A DNA stretch of 64,000 bases from Anthoceros angustus (GCA_010909165.1 MU008154.1:310001-374000), one strand, 5' to 3'; shown: positions 34,446 through 47,388, counted from the stretch's first letter. The notes: generated by a model from the letters alone, not told the origin. Translations and numbers: made by a program.

Positions 34446-35770
34446 TCAACTGTCATCACCCGAGCTGGCAGAATCATCCTCATCGTCACTTCCACTTTCG
34501 CTACTGCTGCCACTGTCACTACTTCCACTGCTGCTGCTGCTGCTCCCACCCGAGCTTTGCGGTTGATCTTCAGTGTTTGCCTGAGAGGCTACGGCCACAG
34601 CTCCATCTCCCCCAGCCTTGTCCTCCTCTCCATCCTCCTCCTCACTCACTTCCACGTCTTCAATCTCATAGTCGCTCTCATGATCTGCTATTTCCTCCAC
34701 CACCTCCTCAATATCTACGATATCATCTATTGTGTCTTCCGCCACCTTCTTTGTTTTTGCACCATCATCCTCGTCATCATCAATATCTACTAGAGTGGGG
34801 GAGGACAGTATCTCCTGCTGCTCCTCCACAGGTGATGCTGCAGCAACAGTCACAGGCAATGATGCTGAAGGAGGTGCAGATGCTGGAGCAGCCGCCCCAC
34901 CCTTTGCCTTGCCATCCAGACTTCGCTTAGTCCCTTTCTTCTTTGGCTCTGTTGCATATCAAGTGTCAAGCTTTCTTGCAATTGGACCGACCTCTACTCA
35001 CATGCCACTCAACCGAATGGTGACATCAAAACAACCGAGTCCCTAAACTTCATTCAAGTTTCCCCAAACCAAACTCTCACCTTTCTTGGGGGCAGGCTTA
35101 TTCTTGCCAGTTTCTTTGGGAGCGACATGGACCGGAGATGCTCGCAGTTCGACAGTAGCAGATCGAGGTTCTGCAGCGGGGGCTGGAAGGATCTTCTCCA
35201 CCAATCCAGATGGCGCAGGTGCCGCTACTGCAGAGGCTGTGGCCCCTGACGAGGAAGGCCCCGGCCCTGCAGCGGTGCTCGCTGCCGCAGATTCCCCAGG
35301 CTCCCGAACGTGCCTTAAGGGCTTAATGGCTCGGTGCAGGCGCTCCAACCGGAACTCCTTCCCATCAAAGAATATCACCGCATCAATGTCCTTGCAATCC
35401 TCGCTGTTCCCCTGGAACTGGACTTTCGGTTTCCCTGCCTGATTATTGTGGAATTCCACGCTCACTTTGTTCTCTGCGCCTTTGTGCAGAGTCCCAGGCC
35501 TGCTGGTGTCTATGGAAGCTGGCAAAAAATCATCTGCAAGAAGGCAAGAAAAAATTCAATAGGTTTGCAGAAGGCAGCCAAGCTACTGCCGCAGAAACCA
35601 TAGCTTCAGCTCAACCTCTCCCTAAATTATGGAAGAGAGAATGGCTTGGGTCGCGTACATCTCAAAGAGTAGTATCGAGGTGCATCCGGGTCGGCAACGG
35701 AAGCTCCCAGCACCAGCGGGTGCCACTCATCTGCCGCAGGTGCTGTACCAGGCTCCTGCGACAGCGCCAT
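34446..35770 (-). CDS. EAF: ELL-associated factor (EAF) family transcription elongation protein; 3 exons
   Basis: YYSLR|YDFLPASID..PGTL, FQGNSED.K..DAVIFFDG..FRLERLHRAIK; acidic, Ser-rich tail. Confidence 0.9.
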
Positions 35771-35915
35771 GGCCGCCTGGCGCAGCCCCCTACGCCGGAG
35801 GACGCCCACTAGGCACTGGAGCTATAGCATGGACTTGTTCACGAGCCTGGACACCAGGCACCCGTCTTGGGCCGCGGGGTTGCCCCGATCGGATGGTTGC
35901 TTAGTGGATCGTCCG

Positions 35916-36304
35916 CATTCATTCTATGTAGGAACGCAAATGTATTTTATGTACATAGATCCTCTATATATATATGATATCAAAGAAAAGTTCTTTTAAA
36001 GAAAGAGAACAGCTTTTAAGGAAAGAGAACAGATTGGGTAAGCCTATCGGGCATCAAAGGACCGGATTAGCAGTTAGTCACCGGAAGCAGTTATCTTTTA
36101 GGTTTGTTGTCTCTCTCTCATTAGGCTCTGGCTGCAATGAGTCCTTTATAAGAAGCCCAAATATTTTCTAAAACAAAAAAGGACCTCATTCATTCTATGT
36201 AGGAATACAAATATCTTTTATATATAGATTTTCTATATCTATAATATCAAAAAAACTTTATTAAGGACATAGAATAGATTGGGTAAACCCATCGGACATC
36301 AAAA
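35916..36304. repeat. Diverged ~120-140-bp direct duplication (35916-36058 and 36187-36304)
   Basis: Both copies start cattcattctatgtaggaa and end attgggtaa.cc.atcgg.catcaaa. Confidence 0.85.
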
Positions 36305-36856
36305 GAAGATCGCATGGTGTCGCCATAAGGAGGAACGACTAAGCTCCATGTCTAAAGTCACCTACAGCATGTATGACAGGAAAATAGAAAGATCTACACA
36401 CTATTGAGGTTGTTGAGGATGCATCTCGAACTAGTGAGGGTGTTAAGGATGCATCTCCAACCCTTGGCAGGATGCATCTCCAACAATTGTCAAGTCTGCA
36501 TCTTCAGCAATCGTTGCGGTTCGTAAAATAGCCTTTGCAAGTGTCCACCGAAGGCGCTGTTTTACAGACCCTACTATACTAAGACTGATTTGGTCAGTCA
36601 AATAAATTGCTTTTATGAGAATACTAGCAATTAGTGTATTCAATCAAATTGAGCCAAATAAGCAACTGAACACGAAGCCCATAGTGGTACATGCCTCATA
36701 TGGCTGAGTTGCAGGGTAGGAGTAACTCATCTTAGAGCCTACAATTTAAGAAGTTCTAATTTGAAAGTGAGGTATCTTAGAAATTTTCCAAGTCAAAATC
36801 TCACATACCTACATAATTAGATTTATTAATTACCCTTTCATCTTGCAGTGAATAAT

Positions 36857-38059
36857 TCATACAAAGTATTTTTTCACCAAATATGCATAAAGCTCTTTAT
36901 CTAATTTATTGTAATTGAAAACTTCTTCTTTGACTTCGTAGGATAAGTTTTCTTTGTACTCAGTAAAATTGAAAAACAAAGAAGAATCTTCCGACATTTT
37001 AAATTTCTTACTAACAAGAGAATTCTGCCTACAAGTTATTTCACATTTAGCATAATCATTCATAATTGTTGTCACAGCCAATCTTGCATGTTCAGGATTT
37101 GGTATCTCTAAAAGGTATTGGTTCAATAATCTTGCAAGCTTGCGTGCAGAGTCATAGTGTTGCTCAAAAAGTCCAAAAAAGAACATATCATCTACGATTT
37201 TTTTTGCAACATCAAGAACAACTTGACCAGCAGCTGGATAATTTGTGGCACATATACGCAACGTCTTTGCATTAGCATTTATAGAATTATTTGTAAGTCC
37301 AACCACTTGAAAAGTTTGTCCATTGTGCACCAAGTCTGCAACTATGGGGTGATGAATGAATTCTTCGTAAGGCATGACAAAATAATCCAAGGTATCGTAT
37401 GTTAAAAACTCACTTCCATTAGAAGTCATGGTTCCACGTGCATGATTGATCTTATCACTTCTTACCAAAGGAATAAGATAATTCCACGGCCATACATCAA
37501 AAGCACTAGTGAAGGTATGTTGCGTTTCATTAGTTACATACCACTTCGATTGAGATGAGATTTTATCATCTTTCGACAATGCGGCTACGTATATGTTGAA
37601 GACACGTTCCAAAGGTTGATGAAATATAGACATTACTGAGGTGCTTTCCTTCCCAAGCTTTGATACCAAGCTATAGTCGTCATGGCTTATCAGTAATCGG
37701 CAATTTGGTACTTCACCCTTAGTTCGCAGATCAATATATGAATTGCTGCATTTCTCTTCTGCCGTGAATAACTTATGTAATAGGCACTGGTTTAAAGTTG
37801 TAGCACTTGTACCTGGAATATCTAGAAAAAAAAGTAATTGTTTGAGTTGATCAAATTTGTGAATATGATCAATATTAAAGCTTTTCTTCTTGATCTCGTG
37901 CGCCCATATTCCAAGTTCCTTCATACAAGTTTCATATTGGTTATCATGTGAAATATTATCTATGTCTTGGAATGGATTCCGAATCCATATAATACTTGTG
38001 GATATCACAAAACCACATGTCAAAAAAAGAAGCAAAGTCTTAATACTAATCCTCGTCAT
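36857..38059 (-). CDS. TPST: Divergent tyrosylprotein sulfotransferase (plant TPST)-like protein, intronless, 400 aa
   Basis: Collinear with plant TPST: LLFFL.IP.T, CRLLISHDDYSL.SKL.KE.TSVM, DVWPW.YL.P, HNGQTFQV.GLTNNS, VAKK.VD.M.F.GL.E, N.LD.ELY. Has an N-terminal TM anchor and no C-terminal TM. Confidence 0.85.
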   Translation of the reverse strand: MTRISIKTLLLFLTCGFVISTSIIWIRNPFQDIDNISHDNQYETCMKELGIWAHEIKKKSFNIDHIHKFDQLKQLLFFLDIPGTSATTLNQCLLHKLFTAEEKCSNSYIDLRTKGEVPNCRLLISHDDYSLVSKLGKESTSVMSIFHQPLERVFNIYVAALSKDDKISSQSKWYVTNETQHTFTSAFDVWPWNYLIPLVRSDKINHARGTMTSNGSEFLTYDTLDYFVMPYEEFIHHPIVADLVHNGQTFQVVGLTNNSINANAKTLRICATNYPAAGQVVLDVAKKIVDDMFFFGLFEQHYDSARKLARLLNQYLLEIPNPEHARLAVTTIMNDYAKCEITCRQNSLVSKKFKMSEDSSLFFNFTEYKENLSYEVKEEVFNYNKLDKELYAYLVKKYFV

Positions 38060-40225
38060 ATTAAGAAAGATAATAATCCAATATTTTTTGTTCCTACAAG
38101 AACATGTAGATTCCCCTCTGAGTAAGACCTCAAATCCTCATGATGATGATGATCTTAAGTGAATACTAAAAATAAGTCTCGTATTGTAAGGTCTTATAAA
38201 TCGTCTCAACAACTTTTCTTATCGACCTTACATAATTTATTACAGGTATGAAACCCCAAAAGTGTGATGAGAATTAATAATGAGCAAAAAATACCACTAC
38301 AGCCAAAGGCTACAAAGGTACCCAACTTATACGTTCGTAACATATTCAATTAGATACAGAAACTGGAATATATTCTTCCTTTCGTAGCAGCCGGAATAGC
38401 ACATGCCATAGGACTTAATTGGGTAAACGCGAGTTGAGACTAACAGAATTCCGAGTTAAACTAACCTATATTAAGATAACCCGGCCTAAGCCTAAGTTCA
38501 ATTGTTGGTGGGGCTTCGCATTCGGGTCCGATAACACTTGGTCACTGATGGACGTGGGGTTCGTCTTAGCAGCCTTCGGCGAGGTGCCAAAGGAAAACAA
38601 CCCTGGATGGAGCAGGGAGCTTGTGGGCATGGGCAACGCTGAAAGAATAGCTACAGCACGCGCAGGTATGAAACGACCTCCACTACGCGGCTATTCCCGC
38701 AAGTGAAGGCGGTGCAGAGAGTACAATATCCAAATAAAATGGTGGAAGCGGGCTGAGGGATAGATTTCGGACCTGTGATGGCTCTGAGGCCTTCCGCTTG
38801 TGGCGACATTGGTATGAAACTACCTCCATGCAGTTGTCGCAACTTCCAGGCTGCTGTGGGCAGTGTGAGACTTGACTGATTGGCTGTCTGGGTGGTCACT
38901 ACTTACATCATGTATGCCACATGAACGGGAAGTGGAAGCAGTGTAGTCGGAGCAGAAAGTACAATATCGTAACGATACGTGGAAGCAGACAAATGGAGAG
39001 GTTTGGCAGTGATGGAAGTGGACAGACCTGGGGGAGAACCAGACAGAGGCCTAGGGCGTCTTGAAGCTCTCCTCAAGACCTAGCTTTGGAGATCGTTGTG
39101 AACGCTTCTGAGGATATCAAAGCACGTCTTAGGGAAGTTGTGAAGCTCCCTGACCTAGCCGACGACGATTGTTTTTTGTGTTGCATTAATGCCCATGGGG
39201 GCATCGAAGGTGGTGGAAGGTGGAGGAGGCAAGGACAAGTTACATGTTAATGATATTTCGAAGCCCATCGCTGAATGCAGTTACCTTGCAGACAAGCCAA
39301 AGGTGTTACCATCAATGCTTGTCGAGGCACCGGCAGCCTTGTCACAAGCAAGAAAGCCGACGGCTCAGAGGTTGAGGGGAGCCAAGCCGTGAGTAAGAGA
39401 GCCGGAGAAGTTCGACACCTGCTTCCTGTGAGCGACCATCTGATTGTTTTCTCAACCAATCATGGAGAACAATCGTTCGGAGATCCCGTGGAGGGCATAA
39501 ACTTCATCACAGGTTTGATGGACGCCATCGTTGAGGGCTTTAAATGCCGGGCATTCTAACAACTATGATTGGCAAGGTGAAGGACATGCCGGTCTGGTAT
39601 GGATCTGAGATGACATTTTGACCAGTGTCCCGTGTCTTACAGCTCACTCACTAAAGAGCTATACTGGTCTTGACCATTATATGGTCACTTGCCTGGCTAG
39701 CGAGAGAGTTCGGTGTGGCTCTTCCCTTGTAATTCGAGATGTCTTCTAGCTAAAAACGGTGCATCATAAGCAACCACCTGCCACAAATACTGTCACTGTG
39801 AAACGAAGGCAGGCCGGGCCATCTTCATTCTCGAACCACTCGCAAATTGCATGTTGGATAAGCAAACGAGGCCGGCTTATAGGCAAGTACGGGAGAGGGA
39901 ATGTGAATCTCTAGTCTATTGAAGCAACTCCTACAGAATACTTTTCTGAAAAACATTTCTCATAGCAGATGCTTGTCGTTGAAGAGTTCAAGTCGTCGAA
40001 CTGAGGTGGGAAGAAGGGCAGTCACTGCAATGTGATGACATTCATTGCCCTTGAGCAGAACCTTCATCCGTCCCTAGGGACGGAAGTGATGAACCTAGCC
40101 GGGCCGCCTCCAAGGTGGGCGTCGCTCAGCTCAGGTCCGCTCTTCAGCGTTGGCTTTGTGGGCACTGGGCGGGAAATCGGTGATGCCACTGGGCTGTTCG
40201 CTTGTCGCAGGAAGGATTGCCCGAC

Positions 40226-40471
40226 ATGGGGATCAATCTGGGCGACACGGTACCGGTGCCCAACTTCAAGGCGGACTCAACCCAGGGCTAGCTCGATCGA
40301 CTTCCACACCTAAACCGACGGGAGCTGGGCGACCCTCTTCTCGCACCCGGACGACTTTGCACCACGCAGCTGGGGGTGACGACGCTGCCGCCATCTTCCC
40401 CAAGGGCTTCCAGACCATCCCCGTCCCCCGGCAGCGCCCACATCCGCTTCACTCCGCAGCCCGACGCGTAG
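40226..40471 (+). pseudogene. PER1: 1-Cys peroxiredoxin (PER1/Prx6) pseudogene with a large internal deletion
   Basis: MGINLGDTVP(VP)NFKADSTQG*..DFH..DGSWATLFSHPDDF..CTTQLG is fused directly to DDAAAIFPKGFQTIPVP.GSAHIRFTPQPDA*. Contains stops and frameshifts. Confidence 0.85.
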
Positions 40472-41336
40472 CCTGCCAGGGCTGCGATCCTCTATCTTTT
40501 CCTGAGAATTATCAAAATTTTTAATTCTTACAAGAAGCTCTATTCTTTGGCTAGGTGTATAGTTGACCTTGCCTCCACTGCGAAACATCAAATTGTACGG
40601 AAATCAATTACGGATATGTTTGTACCTGCTGTGTGCATACCTATGTATAGGTTTATGTATGTGTGTGGTTTTATTGTCATTGTTGATGAGTTAATTTTTA
40701 ATAAATCTTAGTTTTTATGATATTATATATTTAAAATATCAATATTTATATTTATAAAATTAATTTGATTAATTTGTAAGAAAGTAATTGTGGTCTCCAA
40801 CCCTTGTTGGCACACTGCAAACTTGCCACATGTTAATATTGTAATGGATTGCCACAATTCCTTCATTCTTAGGTTGATACCTTTTCTTGAGGTGACCAAG
40901 ACAATTAAGCGAGCAAGCATAACAAGACCAAACCCTTCGCCAAGGCGTAGCACTATTGATTACCTTTACATTCCGATAGAAGAACTTCATTACCATCATT
41001 CGTTGTAGGAGCGAGCATCTTATATTCAAATCATAGACCATTGGTTGCCACATTGAAACTGGCAACCTGGTGTGTCACCAATCCACCCTCACCAAGAAGA
41101 CACGACAAGACCATCAAATTATCGAACGAGAGCATTGAAGAATTCAAACGGGCAGTTAACCAAGAAATAGAAAGGTTGGATCTTGCAAACACCATACCTG
41201 GGTCACGGGAAGGGATTTCATAGGCAGCCGGTTAGCTAGGAGCTCTCTTATGTAGAACACTTAAGCGGCATGCTATAAAGAGATAGTATACCCAAAAACA
41301 ACCATAGCTTCATTCAGCAAGATGGTGCAATAGCGA

Positions 41337-41508
41337 GTGTAGACTATTGAGGTAAGCAACACAATAAGCTCTCTCCCCAAATCACCCCGACCCAGAGTTG
41401 TTCACTAGTCTAATGAAGGCTTGTGTAGACTATTGAGGTAAGCAGCACAATAAGCTCTCTCCCCAAATCACCCCGACCCAGAGTTGTTCACTAGTCTAAT
41501 GAAGGCTT
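41337..41508. repeat. Near-perfect 86-bp tandem duplication
   Basis: gtgtagactattgaggtaagca...ctagtctaatgaaggctt occurs twice, differing at about 1 position. Confidence 0.95.
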
Positions 41509-42135
41509 ACAGGAAGGCATGCAAGAGCAGGAAAAGATTGTACACAAAGATGGTGACTACCAAAAAGGCCTACACTCTTATGAGCAAACCAAAACAATTA
41601 TGGGAAACCATCGGGAATAAGAGAACCACCAACCCCATAAGAGACATGGATGTATGGTACTAACAAGGAGCTTTATGAATCACCAAAACCCATTCACAAT
41701 TAGTGAGTTGGGTTACTATTTTTGAGTCATCTTTAATATTTTTTAGTTTTGGGATTCATCTATTTTTTATTAATTTGTATCATAATTAATCATAATTAAT
41801 TAATTATCCTGTTCATCATTTATCTGACCCTATTCTTTTCTTCCACCACTCAAATCATGGTTGTATAGTTATGGTAGTATTAATTATTCGACCAGGATAA
41901 AGTCAATAATTTACTCCAGTTCTAATAAAATGAGTGCACGGCCATGCTACCTTCACTTCATCATTTCATTCTACTCTCCCGCTTGTCTCTGCTATTCTTC
42001 TATAGTTCAACTAAATGCACTTCAATCCACTCTAAGTCATCGTAATTACAATTAATCAATTTATTTTTAAAAAATAATCGTATTAAACTAATCATATTAA
42101 TGGACATAATCAATTTGTGACCACCGAAGATACTT

Positions 42136-42701
42136 TCAATCGGTGGTGGTTACTCTCAGTGGAAGAACACTCTCGACAGGTGCAGCGGGTTGCCCTACTG
42201 CCTTGGTCAATTCAAACATCTGCAAGCAAACACGTTTCTTGTCACACTCACCAGATAGAGAGACCCGAAACAGAAAGAGATCTACATCAAGGCACATGCC
42301 GCCAGCAAACAGAGGAATCCAGAGCAAGGAATCAACCTTGTCCAAAGCTCCAGATTTATCACAACACGCAGGCCCCTCCCCGTTGGAATTCTAACAAGCA
42401 TGTGGAGTAGCACAACCTCTTATTAACGCAAACACACTAGATTTCCAGCAGACAGTGGCCTTCTGAGCACCGCACCGCAACAGGCAATAGCAGACATATA
42501 TGGAAGTATGGCCACCTTGCTCAAGGACTTCCGGAAGCAGTTTTTGTGGTCATCCACGGATGCGTGGACGAACTCGTCGATGTGGTCGAGAACGTCTCGC
42601 GCAAACGTCGCCCCTTCTGTTTTCTTTTTCCGACATGATTCCAGAGGGGGAGACGAGGTCGAGGCGCTGGCAGACGCTGATGATTTCTTGGCTTCTGCCA
42701 T
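42136..42701 (-). CDS. Small conserved plant protein of unknown function (SCRKKK...DHIDEF..ASMDEHK.CF family); 2 exons (42701-42516, 42219-42136)
   Basis: MAEAKK...ESCRKKKTEGATFARDVLDHIDEFVHASVDDHKNCFRKSLSK|MFELTKAV...VESVLPLRVTTTD, with a phase-0 GT-AG intron. Confidence 0.85.
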
Positions 42702-42841
42702 TGGATTGCAACGGGCGTCGGGCAATTCCAGAGCCAACAGCTTCTTGAACAACAAAACCCTAAAACCGCGTCGAGTGGGAGCCCAGAGGCCCTTCACCGG
42801 ACGTGTGAAAAATTAAAAGAATGTGAGTATAATTAGTGCAA

Positions 42842-45800
42842 TCAGGACCTCAAGACCTTCTCGCGGTATTCACCCAATGCCCATATGGGAAATACGTTCC
42901 GATAAGCGGAGTAGGAGATCATGCAGTTCCCGTTGAACACGCCAATGATCTCCTGTGAGCATAGACGTGGGATCAGAATCATCTCGTCAGAGCAGGGCAA
43001 ACAAAAGCATGTTATTCAACCTAGCATCAAGAAAGGGACTGACCTCCTGCGGGAAGTCCCCATTCTCCATTTGCCTGTTAACGAGAATAGCAGCCGCTCT
43101 TCTCAGTGGCTCTTTGTCTCGTAGGGCCTAAGTCAACAACACCACAAATAGGTCAGCCAGGACGCACTCTAGGCATAGAGTTAGAGTAAAGGTCATACTA
43201 TTTCAGACAGATGGATGGCAACCTGGCCAGCAGCAAGAAGAGTGAGCATTGCCCAGGAGGTGTTCACTAAATGGGATCGACCGCCCTCCAGGTTGGTGTA
43301 CACCTAGAAACCACGTTCTCACGTGAGATGTTAATAGCCTGAACAGTAGATGCACAAATTTTGAGAAAGATGGCTCTGAAGACACACGCGGCCACCACCT
43401 TATAATTCGGTATTACCTTATCTTGGGAAGAAAGATAGCTTTCACCCCAGCCTCCATCAGGAAGCTGTTTGGACAGAATAAAGTCACAAGCTTTTCTTAT
43501 TGCAGCCGAGGTACTATATGTTTTCCCACCAGCTATCAAACCCAGAACGCCAAACCAGCCAGCGTACGTAAAGCAGACACCCCAGGATCCATACCTGCGT
43601 AAGTACAAACCATTCAAACCACAAGAGATGTACTCTAACATCTCCTGAAACTTGAAAGACTCGTACCTAAGCTTATGTAACTCAAAGGCCACATACTGAG
43701 ACATCAAAACATACCAGGACCCATCTGGTCGTTGGATGTTCTCGATGTACTTGCAAGCTCGATCCACAAACTTTGAAATGTCATCTGCACGGTGGTTTGG
43801 ATACTGTTTGCTGAAGGCAGACAAAGCTTGGATGCCGGCAGAGGTACATTCGACGTAGCTGCAACTCCATATACGGACAACCAGTCAACGTCCTCAACTC
43901 CGTGTGTCACAAGAAACTCACAAACTGATCACGCAAAACCAGGGATGGTCACGCACGAATAGTCAATGACAATGTTCCCAAATGTTTCTGCTGGATTGAT
44001 AATCTGCAAGCAGGCCACAGTGCTTCAACAACGTTGACAAACCACAAGTAGCTTGGAAGCAAAAAATCAGGACCAGTTTCGCACTTATTTTCATGCAATG
44101 CATACCTCAAGCCATGGGTAAGATCTTGTGTTCTCATAAGTAGCACTTCCACCATCAGCATTCTGAATAAAGGCCATTAGGGACATTTGTCAAAGCAAAG
44201 CTTCCCCTTGGTAAGCACAGAACCTGCCTCAACCTCGTACAACCGCCAATCTGCAGATAACGTACTTGATAGGAGAGGAGGGTATTGACAGCATCATACA
44301 GCCGTTCTGTAGAGAGATTCTCAATACCCAGATTGATAGGCAGCTTCGATAAGACCAAGGCAGCCTGCAGCAAGAAACGCATCCGTGGTTTGAATAATCA
44401 CCTCCCATACTGTTCTGCAATATTCCAGGATGTTCGAAAGTTCCTGAACAGCAGATGACACAAGCTGTATCTTCAAAGACAAGTCCATAAGAGACAGGAC
44501 AACCTTCAACCCTTCCGCTGTGCAATCCGATATCGGCCAGCCGTGGTCTTGCGTAGAGAACGGCCATGCCCCTTTGGAAATATGACGATACCAGTAGTTC
44601 AAATTGCCTGGGCAGTCAAATCTAACCTTCAAGATCAAGAAATAAGGTTTAGGTGGTGCAGTTGCTTTTGAAGATAAACACCACCTTGCGGTATAGGCAG
44701 CCAAACCATACACAAATTTCCCTACATCCATTTCCCGTGACTTCTTGTGCTCAAGTAAATCGCTGAAACAAGGATGCAATTGCCACTCATGCTAAACAAG
44801 TTATAGGATATAGAGCTCACCTGTGTTCTGTCGATGTAGTGGTAAGCCTTTGCAAGAGCTGAGGTGCACTCATCGAGCAAACTGGTGGAAGCTAGGGCTT
44901 GAACCGCAAATGCTGTATCCCACAACTGACTGCCATTGTATCCCTACGTGAACCACGCAAGCCACAGGAATTTAAACGCTGTTACAGCACCTTTCAGAGC
45001 CTCTAACTAGAGATGACAGACCAGATAGTTGACAAGTCCCACCTGCATCTTCATGCCATCTTCAGCAAGCCAGAGATAATCAGGAACTCTTGCAAGATGT
45101 AGCTTGAAGGCTTCAGAGTTTGGGTCCTCAATCCAGCAAGCTAGCATGTTCATCACCTGTTTCCTCCATCATGGACAGCTTAGCTACAGCAACTGATTCC
45201 AGCCACAACATGATGCCATACATGACATTTCACATTTCCGGATGGTCTACGCACTAGTCTCTCAAAGTCAATCCACTCACCTTGTTTACTGGCCCGATAC
45301 ATAAATATCTAGTGTTTTCATCCTCATAGTGTATGTGCTTGATTGCATGTGCCAAAGCCTTCTCCCTCAGCAATGAAAACGGCCATTTGGTCAAGGCTGG
45401 CTCTACCACATGGTAAAGTGTGGCCCAAAGCACGTCTTGTATAAAGGGATGTGGGTAGTAAAGATCCTCCTATTCCCAGAGATCCACAATGCGAAAGAAT
45501 GTTACTCGCTGAAGTGAGTACTACGATTTTTATAGCGATTTAACAGTGTGATATTCTTCCATCTGCCTCAATACCTTAGCACAGGAGTTTCGGGCCACAT
45601 TCCAGTCCACATCCTCATAAGGCTCATTGAAGAGCTCCTGTCGCAACTCTTTGACAGTGCTGGTGATCTCCCCAGTGTATCGACGTCCGTAGACATAGCT
45701 CATGGGAAGATATACCATTCGACAGTGACACCAAAATCTTCCTGAAATATTGAAGGTAACGTGACTCACGGGTACCAGAAACGCTAGGAGCTAAAGATAA

Positions 45801-46990
45801 CTAGAACGGCAGATAGAAGACCGGCCTTCACCTGGATGGACGGGCAGAAAGTAGGGCAACAGCCACATCTCTGGAGGCAGAGGATTATTTCCATCCCATT
45901 CAAACGCTCCAAGAACCTGCACCCGGAAAGACCTATTTCCTGAGATCCTCAGCCAATAAGAGTGCAAGAAGACCAGCTTTTCGCGTAGCTTAGCCAATTC
46001 ATACCGATAGCCAAAATTTCCCCCAGGAAGGAATTGCAGTGGCTCCACCGTGCTTTAGAATCCACACTCGACCCCTCTCCAAAGCCCCAGACTCTTCATC
46101 CTCAAGCTTGTCCCCCAACAATCTCAGAGAAACGTAAGTGAGGGCGGATCCGAACATAGTGCTGTGACCCTCTATATGAAGACCCCACCCTCCGTCCTTG
46201 TTCTGCATGCCACAGACATCCGTCAGCTGACACCCGCCATCTATGAAAGACCAGGACTTCAAAGATCCAGCACATCACACAAGCAGCACTGTTTCAAGAC
46301 AAGGGTAAAGCCCGATGCTTAACCACTTGCTCACCTGGTGGTTGTACAAATAGCGGCATATTTCCTTTTTGTGAGCTGCTGATAGCACCGAATTCATTCC
46401 TCCCGTCACATACAAAGTGATGATCTGACACCAGTACCCAAAATTTAAGCACACGCAAGCGAGGAGGCGGGCAGTCGAGAAATATGATCAAATTATCTGA
46501 CAGCATCCAGGAGCTCACCAGTCCAGGCATGAGGAACATAGGGCCACCGTAGTCATTGGGCCAGTGCCCATCCTCGGCTTGGATAGTAGAGTAGAAGCGG
46601 ATAGCCCGGCGCAAGGTAGTCTCGATAGCATCGTCTGTGACATCATCAGGACCACTGATCTTCACTTGGGGTGGCAGAGGGGGAACTGGGTTCTTGATTG
46701 CAAACTGCAGGCGCAGAAATCGCACGAGAGTCAGCCAAACAAGAAACATGTCCAACTCGCCACAATGCGGGGGGAAAGGCACGAGCCTGGCGTCTCATGA
46801 TCAGGTCTGAACTGTGTCGCGTCTCATGCTTGTGGGCAGTAAACTGAGACCGTAGATCTTCGATCTCGGCGATGGCACGCACGGAATCAGGACCTGCGTC
46901 CTCTTGAAACTCCCAGACCTGCCGCCCAACGTGATCGTTTGTTGAGCGCAGCCATGGGCCTGCGCCTTCCGCAGTCTTGAGCGTCCACAT
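42842..46990 (-). CDS. CAS1: Cycloartenol synthase (2,3-oxidosqualene cyclase), multi-exon (~18 exons)
   Basis: [60 protein letters not shown] and [12 protein letters not shown] (His/Ile pair diagnostic of CAS), QW repeats and [10 protein letters not shown]. Exons traced with consistent phases. Confidence 0.96.
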
Positions 46991-47388
46991 TGCCTATCCT
47001 CCGTCCCAGCGCGGGCCGGGCACAATGCTGCCGTTCTTCACGACCCACGCAGCACAGTACAGCTATGCATGTCTCTCACTCCTTCGCACTGCGCTCGGAT
47101 TCCTGCATGTGCGTCGCGGAGTTTGCAAGGCCTCCAAGATGCGCAGCTTTAGAAGTGCTAGACAGAGACGTCCAGTAATCAGCATAAGGCACGTACAAGC
47201 CTGTTCAAAGCCAAACAGGTGAGGTGAGCTCCATCAACGAAGGAAAAAACTCGATCCCAGCAGTCCATAATATTATAGATACAAACGCTAATAGTCGCTG
47301 GAATTGCAGCTCGAATTCATATGCACACTCCTGTCGGTTTGTCAAGTAAATCTTGCCAAAGACGGGCATATCTGATCTCCTCTCCTAC

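Noticed and set aside
34389-34930. Plus-strand ORFs of 134 and 174 aa
   Set aside because: Antisense to the low-complexity acidic exon of EAF.
38340-39600. Possible LTR retrotransposon remnant or primer-binding site (tggtatgaaac)
   Set aside because: Not complementary to a tRNA-Met 3' end (TGGTATCAGAGC), with no paired LTRs and no gag/pol motifs.
40440-40490. Minus-strand RVGLRSEAD as the inverted middle of Prx
   Set aside because: The same bases encode the genuine Prx C-terminus (HIRFTPQPDA*) on the plus strand.
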